DNA of 64,000 bases. Origin: Corallochytrium limacisporum Hawaii (lineage: Eukaryota; Protista; Pluriformea). The DNA lies in the NCBI GenBank assembly GCA_002811645.1, contig PDIP01000005.1, positions 73,198 to 137,197 on the forward strand, given 5' to 3'. The notes under the pieces were generated by a model. That model ran no database searches, was not told the origin of the DNA, and saw only the letters and a list, made by a program, of their open reading frames with translations. A program made the position numbers and the translations under genes. The stretch's first letter is position 1. Every line of letters begins with the position of its first letter. This document shows positions 11,564-22,798 of the stretch, in pieces.

Positions 11564-13930
11564 TCAAATTGCCCAATTGTTTGACCACTTGAGATATCTC
11601 CACTCTGCTACTGGCCCTGTCATTCCGTAGGCCATAGGTGCGAACATTATACCAAAGAAGCCAATTATAGCAAATGAAGCAGCGCCAGCATAGAATTTGA
11701 GTCGCTTCGATCCGGATACTGAGCAAATTACATCATATACATAATCCAAAAAAATGGCAAAGAACATACAACCGATGATCAAGCTCGGCCAATAGTGGTG
11801 AAAATACAAAACCCTCTTCATGGCAAAGAATGGAAAGAAATGGAATACATATGCCACTAAAAGCCATCCTATCATTGCTTCAACTCCATGGAGATGTTCT
11901 AGTTCCCGAATTGGGACTGCTTGTCTCTGTTTGCGTAGAAGGTTAATGCCGTATACAATCAGGAACAGTATGATCGCGAAAAAGTGGCCGTAGAAAATTA
12001 GGGGGTTTCCACCCATCACTACTCGGGTATCCTTTTCACCCCAGCCAGTCATGTGTTGCAGCTTTGTCATCAGAGGCCATTCCCAAGGCTGGGACGTGAT
12101 TTCCCCTTGCTGAGGTTTGAGGCTCTCATTCACTTGGAACATAGCCACGTGCAATTCATACACACTATACAGGAAGCTCACCGAGCCAGAATAGCCTGTC
12201 GATGGCTTCAGCTTCGGGTGTTCATGAAACTCTACATTCCAGACAGTGTTTGGGTGCTTCGTCTCTGGCGTGGCAGTGACTTCCTGCTGTTCGTAACCCC
12301 ACTTGGGTAACTTCTCATTGTGACTGAAGAGAGCGTATCCTGTTGTCACATGTACCAACCGAAGCTGAGTGTCAGGCACCACGATCTCCCCATCGGGTCC
12401 GCCATCCGACACGACCTCGATACGCCAGAGATCATTGACGTCCCCGTTCCCGTTCGGGCCGTAACAAGTCACCTGATGGTGGCCTGAAGTAATGGGAGCC
12501 GCCATGTTATGGGAATGAAGGTTGAGTTTAGTCGGTGCATGTTCGAGGCGGATGACATCCTTGTCTTTGACATACTTTGGTTCCGGCGCATCCAAGTGCT
12601 CACTCCAGGTAGCTTTCTGATCGTCAGATTTGACATACCAATGATTGTTGCTGTCCTTGAAGGAGTAAGCCGTCACCTGTTGCTGAGGTGCCCCGAAACC
12701 TTCAGGATAATTATGTGGGTGGGAGTGCAGCAGAGATCCACCAGGACGGAAGTTCTTGAGAGATATCTTTGACCCGTAGGCGAGGTGCCGGGGAAATGAA
12801 TTTCCGTACAATTCATTACCAACTAGGGTAGACTGGAAGGCGCTACTCATATGCCCGTCCCCGGGGCCGCTGTGATACAGGATCTTGAAGTGTAAAGCGA
12901 AGACCATCAAGTATACAATTATCGGTAAGATAATCAAGCAGGCCACTCTAGCGCCGAAGTGCTCAACGATCTTCATGTCACTAAGCCGGCGATCTCCTAG
13001 CAAGTCCCACAGATCCTTCACAGTATTCAAACCCGCGAAAAGTATCACAAACAAACCAACCCATTTCACCGAAAAGGTTAATGCCAGAAAGACGCCTATG
13101 GCTGCCAGGTGCCCCCACCAGATTGGAGTCCATGGTCGATGGGAAACATTGTGAAAGGCAGCCAGCCAGAACAGACTGCACACAATGAAGAGGTTCAGAA
13201 ACGGGTCCAGCAAGATGTAACGGCTCAAGGATATTGAGTACGGATCGGCAATAATAAGAAACGCACCAAACGTCGCAGCAAACAGACTAGCCCCAAGCTC
13301 CGTAAGGGTGGCATACATGACCACCGGAATCATTGCACCAAAGCAGGCGCAGAGAAATCTCATCCCATAGAAACTGGCTTTACCATACGCTTCGCCCGGC
13401 TTCTCGAAGTCGAACTTGGCGTCATATCCGCTGATTGCCCCGACACCACCGATCAGGATCTTGGCCAGTGGTGGGTGCACATCAAAATAGAATTGTCCTT
13501 TCATGTAGTAATTTGCGAACTTGCCAAAGTGAGTTTCATCCCAGACCACAGACGGGGGATTGCTGAGGTTCCATAGTCTTGTGGAGAAGCTCAAAAGAAC
13601 GACAAAGATCAGACACGCCGCCCGCGGCGATAACCATTGGAGCCAGGCCCGAGTCGACGGGTATGTAGCTCTGATATATTGAATCCACCTGGCAACCCAT
13701 GAGTTTTCGTCAAGTTCATTCGATTTCATTTGCATGCGTTTGTGGCGAGGGGTCTGATCAACATATTTGGCGTCACGGTAATTGTACGGTAATGGGTCTC
13801 TACTCTGATAAACACCAGCATTACTATCCTGTTGCTGTTGTCCTAGGAGCGGTACAGCCGTCGGATCGTGTTCGGGACGATAATTATTATCGATCGCCCC
13901 CATATTGAGAGCCGAGTACTCGGAATTCAT
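11564..13930 (-). CDS. POMT2: Dolichyl-phosphate-mannose protein O-mannosyltransferase, POMT2/PMT2 type
   Basis: WDETHFGKF and FDVHPPLAK; MIR domains (LHSH..YPEGFGAPQQQVT); LKP...TSQPWEWP; RVLYFHHY. First ATG at 13930. Confidence 0.92.
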   Translation of the reverse strand: MNSEYSALNMGAIDNNYRPEHDPTAVPLLGQQQQDSNAGVYQSRDPLPYNYRDAKYVDQTPRHKRMQMKSNELDENSWVARWIQYIRATYPSTRAWLQWLSPRAACLIFVVLLSFSTRLWNLSNPPSVVWDETHFGKFANYYMKGQFYFDVHPPLAKILIGGVGAISGYDAKFDFEKPGEAYGKASFYGMRFLCACFGAMIPVVMYATLTELGASLFAATFGAFLIIADPYSISLSRYILLDPFLNLFIVCSLFWLAAFHNVSHRPWTPIWWGHLAAIGVFLALTFSVKWVGLFVILFAGLNTVKDLWDLLGDRRLSDMKIVEHFGARVACLIILPIIVYLMVFALHFKILYHSGPGDGHMSSAFQSTLVGNELYGNSFPRHLAYGSKISLKNFRPGGSLLHSHPHNYPEGFGAPQQQVTAYSFKDSNNHWYVKSDDQKATWSEHLDAPEPKYVKDKDVIRLEHAPTKLNLHSHNMAAPITSGHHQVTCYGPNGNGDVNDLWRIEVVSDGGPDGEIVVPDTQLRLVHVTTGYALFSHNEKLPKWGYEQQEVTATPETKHPNTVWNVEFHEHPKLKPSTGYSGSVSFLYSVYELHVAMFQVNESLKPQQGEITSQPWEWPLMTKLQHMTGWGEKDTRVVMGGNPLIFYGHFFAIILFLIVYGINLLRKQRQAVPIRELEHLHGVEAMIGWLLVAYVFHFFPFFAMKRVLYFHHYWPSLIIGCMFFAIFLDYVYDVICSVSGSKRLKFYAGAASFAIIGFFGIMFAPMAYGMTGPVAEWRYLKWSNNWAI

Positions 13931-15008
13931 ACTGTACACAGAGTTCGGATTCTCACGCTCGCAGTTATCTTTTCATCGTCGCTTCCTTTGCATCCACTTC
14001 GTCCTTCTCTAACTGATTGATCCGCACTCTGACCGGACTATGGCTTGGGATTGGTCTGGAATCTCTGTGTACCGAATGGAAATATGCGCAAGAGGGTATC
14101 CATCTAGTACCAGATATGCTCCAGATATTTAGCCACCTGAATTAACTCTGGCCCTCTCGAATCTACCTCTGCCTCTCTGGAACTCCAAACAAAAATTTCC
14201 GTGCCCTCTTGATTTTCTTCCCGCCACTGCATATGGATTTTCCGGGTGATTCCATACTCACTCTCTACTGCAATCCGAGGCAGGAACTAACAGTATCGAT
14301 CACGAAGACTTTGAAATGACCACTGGTCGAACAATTACCGTCGAACCGCAATCACTCAGACCGCACGAAGTAATTCACGCAGGTATTGTTTACTGAAAGT
14401 ATGATTTCGCTCTGTGGTGGTGCAATTGCATTCAAATCGAGACCCGACTGCATCTATTGACGGGCGCACTTGCACGGGAGAGAGGAATGGAGTTTCTACC
14501 AGCTCGAACCCAGCCAAAGGCTCCCTCCACTACAAGTACCCCGACCACTGGCGACAGTTAATTGTACCGAATAGTCAGCGAGGCCGGTCTCCTAAGAGAG
14601 CAATAGAGAATATATCAAAGGAAATGAGAAATGCCTTTTCGGGTGTTGTTGAACGTGGGTATGTTTGAGTGGGTGGACATTCTGGACTCTCCCATAGCGC
14701 CCAATCGGCAAGTCCAACAATAGAATCCTTACTGGGGCAGTTGATAGCACACAGCACCTCGCCTCTCCAGAATTTGTGTCATTTCACTTCCCATACAGGA
14801 TCTCTCGTGCCTTTCGGGCCCGCTTTCGCTCTCAACACACTGAACAGGCAAAACTAGCCACGCACGGAAATCCACAGCCACGACCACTCACTCTGCCGTT
14901 GTTGGGTTCCCGGTGGTGGTATGTCGGCACGTATTTGTTGTGAGCTCAGGCGCAAGAGAAGGGTGTACCTTCAGTGTTACGTGGGCTTGCTGGCAGGTGC
15001 TTTGAACA

Positions 15009-15839
15009 ATGTCGAAGTTTCGTATTGCCATGATCCAGCTCCTGGTAGGAGCCAACAAGACAGAAAATGTAGACCGTGCGGTGCAGATGATCAACAAGGC
15101 TGCCGAGAGTGGGGCCAAAATCATTGCGTTACCTGAGTGCTTTAACAGCCCGTACGGAACCAAGCATTTCCCGAACTATGCAGAGTCGATCCCGGGACCT
15201 ACGATTGACAGCCTGAAGATGGCAGCAGAGGACACAAATACATACATTGTTGCGGGAAGCATTCCGGAAGTCGATGGCAACAAATACTACAACACCAGCG
15301 TTGTATTGAACCCAAAGGGTGATATAATCGCGAAACATCGCAAAGTTCATCTCTTTGATATTGATGTCCCCGGCAAGATTACTTTCAAGGAGAGCGATGT
15401 CCTTACCGGGGGCACAGAGCCGACCATCTTTGATACTGAATATTGCCGCATAGGTTTAGGCATTTGTTATGATATTCGCTTCCCTCGGCTTGCACAGTGG
15501 ATGCGCACAGCAGGTTGCAAGGTCATACTCTACCCGGGGGCGTTTAACATGACCACTGGACCTGCACATTGGGAACTACTGGTCAGAGCCCGTGCGAATG
15601 ACTGTCAAAGCTACGTTGCGGCAGTCTCTCCAGCAAGAGATGAGAGCGCCGAATATGTCGCCTGGGGACACACCACGATTGCCAGCCCGTGGGGCGATGT
15701 AGTGGGTAAGCTAGATTCCGCTGAAGACATTCTCTACCAAGACATTGATCTGGACCGTGTTGAAGAGGTGCGCTCCAGCATACCCATCAGCACACAAGAG
15801 CGTCCTGAGGCCTATGCAACTCCACAGCCCTTGTCGTAG
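15009..15839 (+). CDS. NIT2: Omega-amidase, nitrilase family
   Basis: E-K-C triad in LPECFNSPYG, KHRKVHLFDID and GICYDIRFP; YPGAFNMTTGPAHWELL. Confidence 0.95.
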   Translation: MSKFRIAMIQLLVGANKTENVDRAVQMINKAAESGAKIIALPECFNSPYGTKHFPNYAESIPGPTIDSLKMAAEDTNTYIVAGSIPEVDGNKYYNTSVVLNPKGDIIAKHRKVHLFDIDVPGKITFKESDVLTGGTEPTIFDTEYCRIGLGICYDIRFPRLAQWMRTAGCKVILYPGAFNMTTGPAHWELLVRARANDCQSYVAAVSPARDESAEYVAWGHTTIASPWGDVVGKLDSAEDILYQDIDLDRVEEVRSSIPISTQERPEAYATPQPLS

Positions 15840-15929
15840 AGAGTGCGCTCTAATCGAATTCACTGTTTACGTTAGTGTTGATTAATAGATCTGTATTTAT
15901 AATAGGTTTGCATATCTAAGGATTCAGGT

Positions 15930-18900
15930 CTAACTCACCGTTAAACTGGCAATGCAATCGTCTAGGAGGGTGGTCAGTGAGGACTTGCATGGGTCCAAAT
16001 ACTGGGCCAGCAGAGATTCTTCTTCATCTAAACGCGTTTTTGTCCTTGACCACTGGGCCAGAATTATGCGATCCATCACCTCCTTGGACTGCACACCCTG
16101 CAGACCCATCTGCAACCGCAAAGTCCGGTAGACATGGTTACGGCAACCTGCACGCCAGAGTAGAGCCAAAGACAATGCCATAACCATGGGACTGTTGCTG
16201 CCACCGCGACTACTTATGCCTTCGCATAGTGGACTAGCACCTTCGTCCAGGAGCCAGGAGTTCACATCACCCTGGAGGTCAACGTACTTACGGAGCAGTT
16301 CCACCATCACATTCTCATTTCGGATGAGATCTGGCCGTTCTTGCAAAGTCATCTTGAACGACGGGGCATCCATGTTGACCATGTCAAAGATCATATGGAA
16401 TGGTTCAGGGACAGCATCCGGCACCGGCAGTGTCTGGCCGTGGACTAGAGCTGACCTGTGCAATTTGACGGCGGCACTGTAAAGATCTCCATTGATGAGG
16501 CGTCTCTGTACTTCGGTAAGAATTGCCGGCTCGTCTCTACCGGTCACGTCGGTGGTGAACTCATCCCATTGAGACCGTGGAATGTCTCCAAAGGCCTTTG
16601 TGACATAGTCTGGAATAGTCCGCACTTCGGACTGGCCTGTGACGGCGGTCGAGACTACAGCATCCAACTCAGTACCTTCCGTTTGCCGGTTCTCAGAGGG
16701 CAACATGTCAACGGGTGGAGAGGTGGCCGACTTATCGACTTCATCGCCACTCAAGAGGTTCACGCTGTCGTCTTCCTCAGGCAGCGGGGTATCACTGGCT
16801 ACATGTAGTGGTGATTTGGTTGACTCACTCTCGTCTTCGGGCATGTGCGCGTTCGGCTCAAATTCCCGTGGGGATTTTGTAGGTGGTTCATCTTCGGCAA
16901 TCGCAGTGTCCGTCGGTTCAAAATGCGGTTCCGCAGGCGGTGCTTCTGCAGGCATTGAAATATCAGACTCAAAGTGCCGGATTTGCTGCGTAAGGGTTTC
17001 GTCCTCGGAGACCCCTGCCTCTGCGGTTGCGACGTCTTTCTTCTTCGGCATATCGCTGAGTATGTGAGTTTCAGGGCCCGACTTCCGGGATTCAGAAGCG
17101 TGTTCGCTTTCGAATCCGATTGGCGTGGCCGCATCCTCTTCAGCTGGTTCCTCTTGTTTTCCATCCGTTTCTACAATTTCGTCCATGTCCAGCTTAAACT
17201 TTTCCATCGAGGCAAGTTCCTCAGACGGCATAGCAATATTGGCTATCTGAGAGAATTCGTGGGTCACTGGGGCGTCATTCTCGGGTATGGGAGGAGCCGA
17301 AGGCAAGTACTGTGTGCGCTGCACTACTTCAGGAGGCATGTTGATGTCGGCGGTAGCCGTGAAATCCTGTGTTTCCGGTGCGTCATTCTCTGCAATAATT
17401 GGCGTTGAAGGCACAAATTCCGGTGTCCTTGGTACTTCCTCCGGTGGTCTACTGATCTGGGCGATCTCAGCAGCCGTCAGTGCGTTCGGGGCATCATTCT
17501 CTGCGATAGGAGGGACCATGGGCATGAACTCCGGTGACTTGGACACGTTCTCGGGTGGCATTCTGATATTCGCAGTGGCACTCAACGCAGGTGACTCTGG
17601 CGCGTCATTCTCGGGAATGGGTTCGGTGGACGGCACAAACTCCTGCTCGCGGATTACTTCATCGGATGGTCTCCTGATATTCGCAATTGCAGACATCGAT
17701 GGGGTCTCTGGGGCATCATCCTCGGGGATCGGCTCCGTGGATGGCACAAATTCTTTCACGCGAGGTACCTCATCAGGAGGCATACTGATATTCGCGATTT
17801 CCTGCAGAGGGGGTGTGTTGGGTACATCATTCTCGGCAATCGGATCCGTCGTAGGTTCAAAGAGAGCGCGGCGTGGCACTTCGTCCGCGGGCATGGGAAT
17901 GTCAGCTCCAAAAAATCTGGTTTCTGATCCATCCTCACTATCACCTGCTTCCACCTCCAATTCATCCCCAATGTCCGGCATCTCATCTTCCCATCCATCG
18001 TTGTCGTTATCAACGGATTCTTCCTTCATTGCTAGTGGAGGGCCTCTCTCCACCACCACCACCTCCTTGTCATCAGTTACCGGTACAGAGCCCGTATCTG
18101 GAGCCGTCTGCAGCCGCAATTCGAGCACCTCTGGTGTGGACCACATCGATGGTTTGGCCATGTACTTGTCCTCTTGATCTGTGACTTTGATGTAGTCACG
18201 GAAAAGCTTGATGGTATCAACATCCGAGAGATTCTCAACATCCTCCCAATGCACAATTGGTGCAATTGAAAGCTTTGCGAGGAACTTTTCCGGCAGCATC
18301 TTGGGCTGGGCAGCCAAGAATGGGAACGATTCAAATTCAATGGGTCGTGACCGCTGCTTCTCTCCAACCACTCCCTCACCTTTAGCAGGATGATCCGTCG
18401 GTAAATTTCGGAGGTCTTCTTCAGCAATCTCCAGCCAGACTTGGATGCAATAATGCAGAGAGCGCTCAGTAACGGACTGGGTACAGTTACTCATAGCCTT
18501 CTCCACCAAACCTCGATCCAGTAGGTCACGGTGCTCCTTGACCACGAACAGGAGCATATCGTACGATGATTCCATCTGATGTTCCAGGATCTCCGACACA
18601 AGGATGTAGACGAGGTCCTTGTACCCTCTACTTGCTGCGGCTTTTAAGGTCTTCGACCCAACGTTTTGGTAGCCACGAGAACTGGTCGTACCGTCGTGAA
18701 TGCCAAAGAGTTGGGCCACCTCCTGCAGTTCCGTGTAGTTCCACATGCTTTGTACTACACCAGCACTGATGACCTCCTCGATGAGAACAATCTTTCGCTT
18801 GGCATTCCTCACCTGTGCAGGTAGCATCGGGTGGCCCAGTCCTTGCAGTTTCTGACACGCACTCATTAAATGACGCTCTTTGTTGGTTGCAGCAATGAGA

Positions 18901-21900
18901 TCTGGCGCTTCCTGGAGCATGGAGTCGACGCTATCTATCAGTGGGTCATTCACTGATGTGGCAGAGTCCAGGGTCATGCGAGCCTGCTTCAGGAATACGC
19001 GCTGCTGATCCTGACGGGACACATTCATATCTCCCATTACTTGTTTGGCCAACTCAATGCTTCCCTCACGGGCACTTTGGAGCACGATGTCAATAAACTG
19101 CCAGAACCATTCATCGTCCCTGATGCCGAGAGCAGAGCTAACCTTGCGTGCCTCTGCAAAAGTCTGCAGCCATTCGTCCATGGATCTACTGTACTTGACA
19201 CCCTTACGAATGACAGTGCTCAATAGGGCAGAAGACTTCTTGTCAGTGAGATTGACATAGTAATCGAAGGTACGACTCTTATCATACTTTCGTACAACTT
19301 CGTCAGCGACGTTGAAGTCTTTTAGCTTTAGGAATGTCTCGTCGCCAATCTTCGTTGCCATCTCGTTCAACACCTCTCTCTCCGGCTGTAAGGATTCCAG
19401 AGTAGAGGAGCTGCGGGTCTGGGACAATGCCAGACTGATCAGCTCCTTGACTTGTTGCTCCGAAAAGTCACAGAAAGGGTCCTTGACTGCACTGTGGACC
19501 ACTGACAGTGCCCGTTTGGGACCTATTGTAAAGAGTTCGACAATGCAACCACGCAACTGGTCGTAAACGTTCATTTGGCCCTGTCGCGGTTTGATCACGT
19601 ACTGTTTAAGGTTATTCCAATTCACCTCCCGGGAACTGAATAGGGACTTGACCAAAGCTTTAGGAGAGGCAGTCTCAAAGTCGCGCCAGCTCATGTGGCA
19701 AAGGTTCGGTTCCTCACGCAGGAGTCCTTCGTACCATTGCAAATTCTTGCAGAGGATACGCAAATTGCCTTCAAAGCCGGTGGCAATGGCTTGTTGTAGG
19801 GTCTTGCACGCAAGAGCAATGTCACCTAAGCGCTCCTCCACCACTTCGGCCCGCTTTTGGTACCAATACAGAATTGCATCTACACCAGTCTTTTCCACCT
19901 GGGCTCTGGCCATAGGATCCTCGTACAGGAAATGGCCGGTATCCACTTCACTACCGTCGTGTACGTCAGCATCAAAGGGATAGACGACCTGACCATCTTC
20001 AAACACTGGTAAAATGTCGACAAGGTCATCGATATCCACATATTCTGGGATTTGCATGATGATGGGAAGGTAGTGCATTGCCAGATCTGGACCTAGGTTT
20101 GCAAAAAGTACTTTCAGAATACCGAAGTTGACCTCTCTCGCGTGGTACATAGCCTCCGCAACGATATCGCAGTTGCGGAAGGTCACAAACTCCTGGGCCA
20201 AGAAATGCCCGCGACTGACTTCAAGCACGGCTCCGTAGCACTTCAATCGCTCTTCCGTGCGCTTGATCTCTTCGCTGTACTCACGTATTCCTTTGTCTCC
20301 GACGAATTCCTTGAAAAAGTCTAGTTTCATCTGCGTGGCTTCTGTAGATCCCCCGGGTTTTTGGATACACTCCGTAGCAATCCAGTCAGGATCATTGACT
20401 AGCACCAGCCACTGGAACGACTCTTCGTTAGGCGACAGGGCGTCGTTGCTACCAGTGGTCCATGCCAGTTTCAGTATAGGTTCCGTGTTGATCTCGTACT
20501 GCTCCGCCAGGCCCTTGGCCTCCGAGAATTTTTTCTGCTCTACTAGTTTCATAACTAACATGGTCGGCTCCGTCTGTTTCAAGGTGCCCAAGGTGGACGT
20601 TTTGAACTCCAACTGAATGCTCTCTTCACTGGTGAAGCTACTAAAGAACCCACGGCCCTCCTGCGCAGATTCCCAATTCTGGCACAACCGCAGCATGTCA
20701 TCGATGCCCGAGCCATCGGTCAGGTATTGGCGAGGAATGTAATGGTATTCTGTCTTCCATCGCCAGAGAGCCATACACTGGGTCGTCTTCCGACAGCACA
20801 CCGCCGGGAAGACTAGATGCTCATGGTTGATAGAAGTGATGTACTTCAGGTCATCAACCTTGTGAATCTCAGCCCGCTGGTTTCCAAAGGATACAAAGAG
20901 CGAGTCATGAGTCCAAAAGTCAAAATGATATCGGCTTCGCGAAACAATCGTTGGCAGTACACTTGTATCGCCCTTCCAGTACTCCGTAGCATCGGCTTTT
21001 TTAAGCAGCGACAGTTTGCCGTCTTTTGGAGACACCTTCAGACTGACCAGGCTGCCATCCGCCAAGAGAGAGACCACGAACTGACCACCCGGGCTGACTC
21101 GAGTCAGGATCACCTCGTTCACACTGCGACCCATGGGTACGGTTAGAATATGGTCGTCTTGCCACGGCGATCCCTTGGACAACTCCGTGGCAAAGTTCTC
21201 GAGAGCGTAGACAATGCTTGGATTCCCCGTCTTGTCAACACCCAACCCGACGCTCAATGCAAACTCTACCTCCGAAGTAGTCACGCGGCACAGCCCGAGG
21301 GCTCCATAGAGGCCCTTCGGGGGTGCCACTGGCGAGGATACAATTTCAAATCCATAGTTCGCTGATCCCAATTTGTACATCCGACAGATTCCACTGTCCA
21401 AGGCCACAAGCAAAGTGTATCGGTGCCGATCACCACCTCCGTCCTCGTTGTCAAAGATTGCAAGATCCACCGCAGTACCATCAGCAGCAAAATCCGCAAG
21501 ACTGATTTCGTACAGCTGCGTCTGGTATTCGTCGTAGATTGCCACTCGCTGTTGCTGGAAGAGGTCGTAAAGTAAGGCCAGCACTGCACCTTCCGGTGAC
21601 CACGCCAGCACACGCGATCGAGCACCGAGGCGAATACTAGCCTTTCGGCTTATTTCACCCTCACGGAAAATCTCGATCGAGTCCTCACTGGCAACCGCCA
21701 CCAATGTTCCGTTCTGTGCACTGGAAATCACTGGGATCGACCGAACTCGACTCCGAGAAATAAATGACTGCAGGGCCGGTTTGCTGAGAATGCTGAGCCA
21801 TGAATACAGTCCGGTGCGTAGTAGAACGTCCGTGACAGCGCGGGGCACCATCGCCAGCGGTGCCACTGAGTCGGTCTCCGTGCAGCCGCGCCATTGGTGC

Positions 21901-21932
21901 TCGTCCTGCAAATCACAGACGTCCTTGACCAT
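15930..21932 (-). CDS. NBAS: NBAS/Sec39-like subunit of the NRZ ER tethering complex, with an inserted acidic repeat region
   Basis: 2000-aa ORF. N-terminal beta-propeller-like region, then Sec39-type segments FRNCDIVAEA..LFA..LPIIMQIPE, WYQKRAEVVEERLG and LPAQVR. Confidence 0.8.
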   Translation of the reverse strand: MVKDVCDLQDEHQWRGCTETDSVAPLAMVPRAVTDVLLRTGLYSWLSILSKPALQSFISRSRVRSIPVISSAQNGTLVAVASEDSIEIFREGEISRKASIRLGARSRVLAWSPEGAVLALLYDLFQQQRVAIYDEYQTQLYEISLADFAADGTAVDLAIFDNEDGGGDRHRYTLLVALDSGICRMYKLGSANYGFEIVSSPVAPPKGLYGALGLCRVTTSEVEFALSVGLGVDKTGNPSIVYALENFATELSKGSPWQDDHILTVPMGRSVNEVILTRVSPGGQFVVSLLADGSLVSLKVSPKDGKLSLLKKADATEYWKGDTSVLPTIVSRSRYHFDFWTHDSLFVSFGNQRAEIHKVDDLKYITSINHEHLVFPAVCCRKTTQCMALWRWKTEYHYIPRQYLTDGSGIDDMLRLCQNWESAQEGRGFFSSFTSEESIQLEFKTSTLGTLKQTEPTMLVMKLVEQKKFSEAKGLAEQYEINTEPILKLAWTTGSNDALSPNEESFQWLVLVNDPDWIATECIQKPGGSTEATQMKLDFFKEFVGDKGIREYSEEIKRTEERLKCYGAVLEVSRGHFLAQEFVTFRNCDIVAEAMYHAREVNFGILKVLFANLGPDLAMHYLPIIMQIPEYVDIDDLVDILPVFEDGQVVYPFDADVHDGSEVDTGHFLYEDPMARAQVEKTGVDAILYWYQKRAEVVEERLGDIALACKTLQQAIATGFEGNLRILCKNLQWYEGLLREEPNLCHMSWRDFETASPKALVKSLFSSREVNWNNLKQYVIKPRQGQMNVYDQLRGCIVELFTIGPKRALSVVHSAVKDPFCDFSEQQVKELISLALSQTRSSSTLESLQPEREVLNEMATKIGDETFLKLKDFNVADEVVRKYDKSRTFDYYVNLTDKKSSALLSTVIRKGVKYSRSMDEWLQTFAEARKVSSALGIRDDEWFWQFIDIVLQSAREGSIELAKQVMGDMNVSRQDQQRVFLKQARMTLDSATSVNDPLIDSVDSMLQEAPDLIAATNKERHLMSACQKLQGLGHPMLPAQVRNAKRKIVLIEEVISAGVVQSMWNYTELQEVAQLFGIHDGTTSSRGYQNVGSKTLKAAASRGYKDLVYILVSEILEHQMESSYDMLLFVVKEHRDLLDRGLVEKAMSNCTQSVTERSLHYCIQVWLEIAEEDLRNLPTDHPAKGEGVVGEKQRSRPIEFESFPFLAAQPKMLPEKFLAKLSIAPIVHWEDVENLSDVDTIKLFRDYIKVTDQEDKYMAKPSMWSTPEVLELRLQTAPDTGSVPVTDDKEVVVVERGPPLAMKEESVDNDNDGWEDEMPDIGDELEVEAGDSEDGSETRFFGADIPMPADEVPRRALFEPTTDPIAENDVPNTPPLQEIANISMPPDEVPRVKEFVPSTEPIPEDDAPETPSMSAIANIRRPSDEVIREQEFVPSTEPIPENDAPESPALSATANIRMPPENVSKSPEFMPMVPPIAENDAPNALTAAEIAQISRPPEEVPRTPEFVPSTPIIAENDAPETQDFTATADINMPPEVVQRTQYLPSAPPIPENDAPVTHEFSQIANIAMPSEELASMEKFKLDMDEIVETDGKQEEPAEEDAATPIGFESEHASESRKSGPETHILSDMPKKKDVATAEAGVSEDETLTQQIRHFESDISMPAEAPPAEPHFEPTDTAIAEDEPPTKSPREFEPNAHMPEDESESTKSPLHVASDTPLPEEDDSVNLLSGDEVDKSATSPPVDMLPSENRQTEGTELDAVVSTAVTGQSEVRTIPDYVTKAFGDIPRSQWDEFTTDVTGRDEPAILTEVQRRLINGDLYSAAVKLHRSALVHGQTLPVPDAVPEPFHMIFDMVNMDAPSFKMTLQERPDLIRNENVMVELLRKYVDLQGDVNSWLLDEGASPLCEGISSRGGSNSPMVMALSLALLWRAGCRNHVYRTLRLQMGLQGVQSKEVMDRIILAQWSRTKTRLDEEESLLAQYLDPCKSSLTTLLDDCIASLTVS
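17217..17906 (-). repeat. 111-bp (37-aa) coding tandem repeat, about 6 copies
   Basis: Unit approximates ANIxMPPxEVxRxxEFVPSTxPIxENDAPxxPxxSxI; 'atattcgc' recurs at 111-bp spacing. Confidence 0.9.
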
Positions 21933-22798
21933 CTTTGTTATCTTGTTCTTCTGGTAATCGTACTTATCAATCTGAGCAAGGGAAATAAATACTCTTCACG
22001 TCATGCTTGTGAGTTTCTGTGAATAGTAGTTTTATGAACGAGAGATCTGAGAGAGAAACGTACGAGGAATAGCTCAAGTAGGGTGTGTGTGTATGTGTGC
22101 GCGCGTGGGTCCTCTAGGTGTAAATTGTGTGAATAAGGTTTGAGAGACTGAGGAGGATTTGAGTATATTCTGCTGTCGACACACCCGAAACTGATGAACT
22201 GCTCCAGGTGTTTCCCGGCCGTAGCCGAACAGAAACTCGTTCTAAGAAGCTTCAAATTGAACTTTGGCAGAAGAGCTGTGAACTGAACATCACAGCCTCC
22301 GTGGCAGAAGTGCTTCTAGAAAATTGATCCTAATAAGAAAAAGAACTCACGAAAGTACCTATTGCCTAAAGCTGAATGTCTTTCATACCTTTTGTGTCGT
22401 TCTCGACTCCAACTTGGCGTCTGCATGCAGCCGAGAAGTTGCAACAGTCGGCATGCGGTCCGCTTGTCCTGTTTATCCATTTCCGTATTCGCCCTCACTC
22501 GGCACGGCTGAAAAACAAAGAGAAGCACTCTTGTATCGGCCATATGGAGCCTCTGATTGTCTTGTTTGCCCCGGCCCCCTCCCCCTTTCTCGCGGTGCGC
22601 GGGGGCCGAGTGGGACTGCCCCCAACGCGATTGCGCATGCGGACGGTGAAACCGGCCCCGCCGGCGAGGAGGGAAGTGTCTGTACACTATTGGACATCTG
22701 ACTCTTGTCAGCTGGGAACGTGTCCATTCGCCCTGTTCCAAAACGCAACAGTTTTTCTTACACAAACAGGAGATGTATTCGGGAACGCACTGATACAA

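Noticed and set aside
13940-14520. tRNA T-loop-like words (GTTCGG, TCGAACC)
   Set aside because: No T-stem or cloverleaf pairing; no tRNA, rRNA or snRNA was recognised in the window.
17287-18177. 296-aa plus-strand ORF with repeats
   Set aside because: Antisense shadow of the NBAS coding repeat; no independent evidence.
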